Source of the DNA: Candidatus Hadarchaeales archaeon
Lineage (GTDB): Archaea > Hadarchaeota > Hadarchaeia > Hadarchaeales > Hadarchaeaceae
Assembly: GCA_038851565.1 (NCBI GenBank)
Contig: JAWCKV010000001.1
Coordinates: 1 to 50,075, forward strand
Direction of reading: 5' to 3'
Length of the DNA stretch: 50,075 nt
Of the stretch, positions 44,763-50,075 are shown piece by piece (position 1 is the first letter of the stretch; the number at the start of each line of letters is the position of its first letter). The notes under the pieces were generated by a model. That model did no database searches and was not told where the DNA came from. It saw only the letters and a program-made list of their open reading frames with translations. Position numbers and translations under genes: made by a program.

Positions 44763-45875
44763 ATGTTTTTCCATGTAATCCTCACCACCAGGTGCAATTT
44801 ACAGTGCAGATACTGTGAGGGGGAGTCCTATGAGGACATCTCGATGCCCCTCCAGGACTGCGACTACTCCCTGCCGGAGCGTCCCGCGTATGCCCTCGAG
44901 GAGCTGAGGAGGTTTCTGGACAGGGACCCGAATCCCGTGGTGATATTCTACGGCGGAGAGCCCCTCCTGGCCCTAGACCTGATGTACTGGATAATGGAAA
45001 GCATCCCAAAGGCGGCCTTCATCGTTCAGACAAACGGCACGCTCCTGAATGAGGTTGACGCCAGATACCTGCAAAGACTTCACACTATAGCAGTTTCCAT
45101 AGATGGGAACGAGGCACAGACCGACCTGAACAGGGGGAGGGGGACGTTCAGGAGGGTGATTGATAACCTCAAACGGGTGCTGGAGCTGGGATTCAATGGT
45201 GAGCTGATTGCCAGGATGACGGTGATGGAGCCTTTGGACATATATGCTCAGGTCAGGTGGCTGATCGAAAATGATGAATTTCCGTTCACCTCAGTCCACT
45301 GGCAGCTCAACGCCGGATTCTGGAACGACTGCTCCAGGCGAGACTTCAGGCGCTGGGCGCTGGAGGTTTACAACCCGGGCGTGAGGAAGCTCGTGAGGTA
45401 CTGGGTGGACAGGATGGAAATGACCGGAAATGTCCTGAGGATATATCCCCTTCTGGGCATTGCTGAGAGCCTCCTGAAGGGCGAGAGATCTGAGCTCAGG
45501 TGCGGCGCCGGGTGGGCGAACTATGCCATACAGACCGACGGGCACGTCATACCGTGTCCCGCGATGTGGGGCATGAGAAAATATTACCTGGGGCACATAG
45601 GAACCGATGACCCGCTTAGCCTGAGAAAGGTGTTCGTCGGAGAGCCCTGCACCTCATGCGACGTGCTGGAGACGTGCGGTGGGAGATGCCTGTATGCGAA
45701 CGTGATGGGGAGATGGAGCGCCGAGGACTATGAGATCGTGTGCAGAACTGTGAAAAACCTCGTGGACGCGATAGCGGGGGAGGTTCCAAGGATAAGATCG
45801 CTCATCAACGAGAGAGTGGTGGGGCTAGAGGACTTCACATATATGAAGTACAACGGCTGCGAGATAGTACCATAG
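44763..45875 (+). CDS. Radical SAM enzyme with C-terminal SPASM-like domain (putative peptide/protein-modifying maturase)
   Basis: 370 aa. N-terminus is ILTTRCNLQCRYCEG (CxxxCxxC) and FYGGEPLL. The C-terminus is LRCGAGWANYAIQTDGHVIPCP...GEPCTSCDVLETCGGRCLY. Confidence 0.85.
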   Translation: MFFHVILTTRCNLQCRYCEGESYEDISMPLQDCDYSLPERPAYALEELRRFLDRDPNPVVIFYGGEPLLALDLMYWIMESIPKAAFIVQTNGTLLNEVDARYLQRLHTIAVSIDGNEAQTDLNRGRGTFRRVIDNLKRVLELGFNGELIARMTVMEPLDIYAQVRWLIENDEFPFTSVHWQLNAGFWNDCSRRDFRRWALEVYNPGVRKLVRYWVDRMEMTGNVLRIYPLLGIAESLLKGERSELRCGAGWANYAIQTDGHVIPCPAMWGMRKYYLGHIGTDDPLSLRKVFVGEPCTSCDVLETCGGRCLYANVMGRWSAEDYEIVCRTVKNLVDAIAGEVPRIRSLINERVVGLEDFTYMKYNGCEIVP

Positions 45876-45910
45876 ATTATTATAAACGGGGAACCAAGTT
45901 GGGGGAGAAC

Positions 45911-46633
45911 ATGAAATACTCGATAGAGATGAGCGGGCTCACAAAATACTTCAACGGATTTCCTGCCCTTCAGAACTTTCACCTCAAGGTCGGGGAAAAC
46001 GAGTACGTGGGGCTGCTTGGGCCAAACGGGGCCGGCAAGAGCACCGTCATGAAGATACTATGCGGACTGATCAGTCCAAGCGGCGGGCAGGCGAGGGTGT
46101 GCGGATTTGACGTGAGGACGCAGAGGGAGAATGCTCTCATGAAAACCGGGGCCATCGTTGAAACGCCAGAGTTCTACCCCTACCTGAACCCAGCCGAGAT
46201 ACTGGGGTATCTCGGGAGGCTCAGGGCAATGGATCCGGAAGCGATCGAGGAGAGAACCCAGGTCGTGCTCTCGATGGTCGGACTTGAGGAATGGTCCAGG
46301 GTCAGAGTGGGAAAGTTCTCCAGGGGCATGAAACAGCGCCTCGCGCTTGCCCAAGCCCTTCTTCACGATCCACAGGTCCTGATACTGGACGAGCCATCAC
46401 AGGGGCTTGATCCCCGCGGGATGAAGGAGTTTCGCGACATCATTGGGCGGTACAGGGGCAAGAAGACCGTCTTCCTCGCATCTCATCTGATAGGCGAGGT
46501 TATCCAGATATGCGCCAAGGTGGCCATCATCGACAGGGGCAGGCTCAGGGCATTTGACACGGTCCAGAGGATAAGGAGGAGGTACGGGTCCATCGAGAGG
46601 GCCTACCTCAAGCTCACGGAGGGATCCGGCTGA
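45911..46633 (+). CDS. ABC transporter ATP-binding protein
   Basis: The start is set to ATG 45911 (the track start 45740 lies inside the radical SAM gene). Walker A is GLLGPNGAGKST, the signature is FSRGMKQRLALAQAL and Walker B is VLILDEPSQGLD. Confidence 0.9.
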   Translation: MKYSIEMSGLTKYFNGFPALQNFHLKVGENEYVGLLGPNGAGKSTVMKILCGLISPSGGQARVCGFDVRTQRENALMKTGAIVETPEFYPYLNPAEILGYLGRLRAMDPEAIEERTQVVLSMVGLEEWSRVRVGKFSRGMKQRLALAQALLHDPQVLILDEPSQGLDPRGMKEFRDIIGRYRGKKTVFLASHLIGEVIQICAKVAIIDRGRLRAFDTVQRIRRRYGSIERAYLKLTEGSG

Positions 46634-46656
46634 GAGGCTCTGACAGGCTGAGGACG

Positions 46657-47463
46657 GTGGTGAAATACGAGCTTCTGAAGCAGGTCAGAAGATGGCGCTT
46701 TTACGGGGCCCTTGGCATCACGCTGCTCGCGGTGCTGCTCACGGTAGGGCTCTACCATGCGCTCGATATCCCCGGCAGGATGAACATTCCGGCTATGGTG
46801 ATGGTGAGATATGACGCGGAGATATTCGCCATTTTCACGACTTCCATGAGCACCCTTGCGGTCATCGGTGCGGTGTTCTTCTCTGGAGACGCCATAGCAT
46901 CGGAATACGAACATAGAACGGGATATATACTCTTCCCGAACCCCGTTAAAATCACAACAATTGTCATGGGCAAGTACATTGCGTGTCTCATCGCAACGTC
47001 CTCAATAATACTCGTTTCATACTCCGTCTCCGCCCTTGCCACGCTCGCCTTCTACGGTCGTGTACCTGCCGGCATGCTTGGTTCGCTCGGAATAGCGCTG
47101 ATGCTCGGATGCATGGTGATAGGCCTCGCCTTTCTCTTCAGCTCTGTTCTGAAGGGAGGGATGGGGGCCACCGTGGCAACCCTTCTCACATACATGGTTG
47201 TCTTCTCCATAATCTCGGGGACCCTGTCGTACGCAGGATATGATCCATGGTTCATGCCGGACAGGGCGGGCGACTCCCTTGCCTCCACATATGGAATCCC
47301 CCTCGGAGAACTTGCAGGTGGAATGTACGGGGGAGGACGGTGGATGGCGGGAATGATACGGGCCAGCCAGGACCCGCTCGTGAGCTTCGCTGTCCTCACG
47401 GCCTATGCCGCGGTATTTCTGATCGCTGCCTTATGGAACTCCAAGCGCAGGGAGATGTCCTAG
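46657..47463 (+). CDS. ABC-2-type transporter permease
   Basis: 268 aa with a GTG start. The N-terminal TM helix is followed by a loop, then five further hydrophobic spans, a topology typical of ABC-2 exporter permeases. Confidence 0.75.
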   Translation: MVKYELLKQVRRWRFYGALGITLLAVLLTVGLYHALDIPGRMNIPAMVMVRYDAEIFAIFTTSMSTLAVIGAVFFSGDAIASEYEHRTGYILFPNPVKITTIVMGKYIACLIATSSIILVSYSVSALATLAFYGRVPAGMLGSLGIALMLGCMVIGLAFLFSSVLKGGMGATVATLLTYMVVFSIISGTLSYAGYDPWFMPDRAGDSLASTYGIPLGELAGGMYGGGRWMAGMIRASQDPLVSFAVLTAYAAVFLIAALWNSKRREMS

Positions 47464-47492
47464 CGCAAGCTCCTTTTTCCCCCGTGCAGAGT

Positions 47493-48347
47493 ATGCGTGA
47501 TGGCATGCCCGAAAGTCTGCGCGAGGCCCTGAAGGGGATCGTCCCTGACCACCTGATGAACAGGATCAGGGCATTTGATGTTGTGGGGGATATAGCTGTG
47601 GTCAAGATACCCGAGGAGCTGTTGCCATGGCAGCATGAGATCGGGAAAGCTCTGCTGGGAGTTCACAAAAACATCAGAACGGTGCTCAAACAGACATCTC
47701 CGGTTGCCGGCGAGTTCAGAACAAGGGAACTCGAGATAATCGCGGGCGAACAAAAAACCGTGACGCTGCACAGGGAAAACGGGTGCGTATTCATGGTTGA
47801 CCTGGCCAGGATGTACTTCTCCCCAAGGCTGGGCACAGAAAGGTTGCGCATAGCGAAGCTCGTGAGGCCCGGAGAAACCGTGACGAACATGTTCGCCGGG
47901 GTTGGGTGCTACTCGATAGTCATGGCTAGGCAGAGCCAGGCCTCCACCATCTACTCCGTGGACAAAAACCCTGATGCCTTCAGGTACATGGTGGAAAATG
48001 TGAGGCTGAACAAGGTGGGGGCCAGAGTTTTTCCCATACTGGGGGATGCCAGGGACGTGATAAAGGAAAAGATTCCGGGACTGGCCGATCGTGTTCTGAT
48101 GCCCCTGCCCGAGCTCTCACACGAATTTCTGGAAACCGCTATCGCCGCGCTGAAGCCCTGCGGGGGTACAATCCATTTCTATGATTATGGGGAGGAGCCT
48201 GACGTGTACGGGCCGTCATTTAAATTCGTTTCCTTAACGGCCGAAAAATGGGGCTTTGAGGCAAACCTCATGGAAAGCAGGAAGATAAGGTCCTATGCTC
48301 CAAGGTGTTTCCATATAGTGCTTGATGTTCTCCTAACTAAGCGGTAG
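47493..48347 (+). CDS. Met-10+/Trm5/TYW2-family SAM-dependent tRNA methyltransferase
   Basis: FDVVGDIAVVKIPEEL, FMVDLARMYFSPRLGTERLRIAKLVRPGETVTNMFAGVGCYSI and YSVDKNPDAF. The start is set to ATG 47493 (alternatives GTG 47484, ATG 47505). The track start 47247 lies inside the permease gene. Confidence 0.8.
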   Translation: MRDGMPESLREALKGIVPDHLMNRIRAFDVVGDIAVVKIPEELLPWQHEIGKALLGVHKNIRTVLKQTSPVAGEFRTRELEIIAGEQKTVTLHRENGCVFMVDLARMYFSPRLGTERLRIAKLVRPGETVTNMFAGVGCYSIVMARQSQASTIYSVDKNPDAFRYMVENVRLNKVGARVFPILGDARDVIKEKIPGLADRVLMPLPELSHEFLETAIAALKPCGGTIHFYDYGEEPDVYGPSFKFVSLTAEKWGFEANLMESRKIRSYAPRCFHIVLDVLLTKR

Positions 48348-48546
48348 GAGACGCCTGACATCCATGTGATCCTCCAATTTTCTTGACAATCCTTCTGCCG
48401 CTGATCACCAGGGATCCTGTGTAACCACAGTTCCTGCACTCGTAGATGGACCAAAGCTGGGGCAGTCCTGAGGCCCACCTCAAACGGGCAGAGCCACATC
48501 TGGGGCAGTGCGGAGATACTTCCTTTCTTCTCAGAGTCCTCGCCTT
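48337..48546 (-). CDS. Zinc-ribbon reading frame (69 codons) with no canonical start, in frame with and directly after the TAA of the upstream metallophosphoesterase
   Basis: Minus-strand translation immediately after the TAA (48547-48549) reads KARTLRRKEVSPHCPRCGSARLRWASGLPQLWSIYECRNCGYTGSLVISGRRIVKKIGGSHGCQASPTA*. The only ATG/GTG/TTG is the TTG after the first CxxC. The listed 68-aa track ORF (48293-48499) is in a different frame and looks spurious. Confidence 0.35.
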   Translation of the reverse strand, partial: KARTLRRKEVSPHCPRCGSARLRWASGLPQLWSIYECRNCGYTGSLVISGRRIVKKIGGSHGCQASPTA

Positions 48547-49224
48547 TTAGAGCTGAATGAGATCCACCGTCACTCTTCCGTTATCCGAGATCTGTACCTC
48601 CGCCGCATTCCCCATGGTCGCGGGACCAGGATTCACTATAACGGTTCTGCCTATCTCATCAACGCCTCTCCCCTCATGAACGTGCCCGCACAGCACCAAA
48701 ATGGGCTGCCTGGTTTCTATATACGCCCGGATGCTCTTGCTGCCCACATGCGTTCCGGCCTTTATCTCATCCACCTTGGTGCCGTATGGAGGCGCATGTG
48801 TTATGAGCACCATCTTCTCTGAACCCCCGCAGCTCAGGGAAGCCAGCTCTTCTGCTATCTCTCCCTCTGTGAGTTCAAACGGGGTGTTGAAGGGCGTCAT
48901 GTTCGAACCGCCAAGACCTAAAAATGCTATATCCCCGATCCTTTCGCATTTCCTGTGCAGGTTCACGCCAAATTTCTCAAGAACCTGCACTATCTGCTTC
49001 GGATCGCAGTTCCCCGGAACTGCGAACGCTGGCACTCCCGCTGACTTGACCTGCTCAAGCATGCTCTCCACAACCTCCGGAGGCCCAAACTGCGTGAGAT
49101 CTCCTATTATCACTATACAATCGTATCCGCCGGCGATCTTTTTCAGGAACCTGGTCTCGGCATTTGGGTCGCTGTGAAAGTCTGCAACAGCTAGTATCCT
49201 CACCAACTCACCGTTCTTATACAT
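48547..49224 (-). CDS. Calcineurin-like metallophosphoesterase (MJ0936/YfcE-like)
   Basis: VRILAVADFHSD, IVIIGDLTQFG, VPGNCD, LVLCGHVHEG and VIVNPGP. The start is set to ATG 49222-49224 (alternative GTG 49203). The track start 49362 would run through the hypD 5' end. Confidence 0.85.
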   Translation of the reverse strand: MYKNGELVRILAVADFHSDPNAETRFLKKIAGGYDCIVIIGDLTQFGPPEVVESMLEQVKSAGVPAFAVPGNCDPKQIVQVLEKFGVNLHRKCERIGDIAFLGLGGSNMTPFNTPFELTEGEIAEELASLSCGGSEKMVLITHAPPYGTKVDEIKAGTHVGSKSIRAYIETRQPILVLCGHVHEGRGVDEIGRTVIVNPGPATMGNAAEVQISDNGRVTVDLIQL

Positions 49225-49239
49225 TCCCTGCTGATTAAA

Positions 49240-50075
49240 ATGATTTTGGGTGCTCGAGTGGCAGGCGAAACGTTGGGGAAGTACAGAAGCGAAAAAATAG
49301 TCAGGAGAATAGCTGGTGAGATAAAGTCCATCATGCCCGACAGAAGAATAAAAATCGTGCACGTGTGCGGCTCACACGAGAGGACCATTGCAATCTTTGG
49401 CCTCAGGGAACTGTTGCCGGAAGGACTCGAGGTGTTCAGCGGGCCAGGATGCCCCGTTTGCTGCACTCCGGCACATGAGATAGATGAAGCTGTATCACTA
49501 TCCATGAAGGGCATCACCATCACGACGTTTGGAGACATGCTCAGAGTGCCGGGCTCGAGCGGCTCGCTCGCCAAGGCCAGGGAAGAAGGAGGCGATGTGA
49601 GGGTGGTCTACAGCATCACGGATGCGGTAGAGATCGCAAGGAGAGAGCCGAGGAAGGAGGTTGTTCACATGGCGATCGGATTCGAAACCACGGCCCCGTC
49701 CACGGCCTCCATCATCCTCTCAGATCCTCCGGAAAACTTCAGCGTCCTCACCTCGCATCTGTTAATTCCTCCTGCCATGGAGTTCCTGCTTCAATCCGGT
49801 GAAACTGATATAGATGGATTCATATGCCCCGGGCACGTCTCAACGATAATAGGATCCCGGCCCTATGAGTCGCTCTCCGAGCGATACGAAGTCCCACAGG
49901 TGATAGCGCGGTTCGAACCCGTTGATGTGATGCTAGGCATATTAATGCTACTGAAGCAAATCAGGGGAAAGCGTCACGATGTTGAGATAGAATACACCAG
50001 GTCCGTCAAAAGGGAAGGAAATCCAGTGGCCCTTGGGCTGATCAACAGGGCATTCGTGAAAGTCGGGAAGGCATG
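49240..50075 (+). CDS. hypD: Hydrogenase maturation protein HypD (3'-truncated by the window end)
   Basis: This is an open-ended frame not in the ORF track: ...KYRSEKIVRRIAGEIKSIMPDRRIKIVHVCGSHERTIAIFGLRELLPEGLEVFSGPGCPVCCTP...FGDMLRVPGS...GFETTAPS...FICPGHVSTIIG. The CGxHE, GPGCPVC, GFETT and PGHVS motifs are diagnostic. Start is ATG 49240 (alternatives GTG 49258, TTG 49273). Confidence 0.9.
   Translation, partial: MILGARVAGETLGKYRSEKIVRRIAGEIKSIMPDRRIKIVHVCGSHERTIAIFGLRELLPEGLEVFSGPGCPVCCTPAHEIDEAVSLSMKGITITTFGDMLRVPGSSGSLAKAREEGGDVRVVYSITDAVEIARREPRKEVVHMAIGFETTAPSTASIILSDPPENFSVLTSHLLIPPAMEFLLQSGETDIDGFICPGHVSTIIGSRPYESLSERYEVPQVIARFEPVDVMLGILMLLKQIRGKRHDVEIEYTRSVKREGNPVALGLINRAFVKVGKA

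Noticed and set aside
1-50075. Possibility of pyrrolysine or another stop-codon reassignment, considered because of the in-frame TAA at 48547 and the archaeal context.
   Set aside because: TAG, TGA and TAA all terminate well-conserved genes at the expected C-termini. Examples are aroC, chorismate mutase and the 12391 radical SAM (TAG), trp genes (TGA) and pdxS (TAA). I saw no other conserved gene interrupted by an in-frame stop.

Overview
This is a GC-rich, very densely coding archaeal chromosomal segment. The archaeal assignment rests on a family-B DNA polymerase, Nop5 and fibrillarin, aIF-1A, aIF-2beta, aEF-1beta, KEOPS Cgi121, and a tRNA with a bulge-helix-bulge intron. I count about 60 genes, mostly housekeeping. 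They include a complete trpEGDCFBA operon (minus strand, 32.7-39.2 kb) and an aroA-aroC-shikimate kinase-chorismate mutase block (21.2-25.3 kb). A divergent leuA/cimA paralogue pair, ilvE, pdxS, polB, map, a SufS-type desulfurase, an HDAC-family enzyme, a CDF transporter, Hsp20 and a partial hypD at the 3' edge are also present. I found one RNA gene, tRNA-Arg(GCG) with a canonical 15-nt intron. I found no rRNA, CRISPR array, transposase or integrase. The observations worth a second look are: (1) A radical-SAM/SPASM maturase-like gene is coupled to an ABC-2 exporter, and no substrate gene is visible. (2) At three sites, clearly protein-like sequence has no start codon of its own. At each site it is joined to the upstream ORF either by a -1 shift on an A-rich slippery heptamer (A_AAA_AAA at 12265, A_AAA_AAG at 641) or by a single in-frame TAA (48547). 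(3) An orphan LigD-polymerase-domain-like primase-polymerase is fused to a winged helix and has Gln in place of the motif II His. (4) A bacterial-type LacD aldolase is paired with a PfkA-family phosphofructokinase that carries the PPi-type Asp104/Lys124 residues. (5) A chorismate mutase is fused to an ACT-like regulator module. (6) An unknown small gene lies divergent from trpE, with a TGTACA box between the two TATA elements. All functional calls come from motif recognition by eye. No database search, HMM or structure prediction was run.
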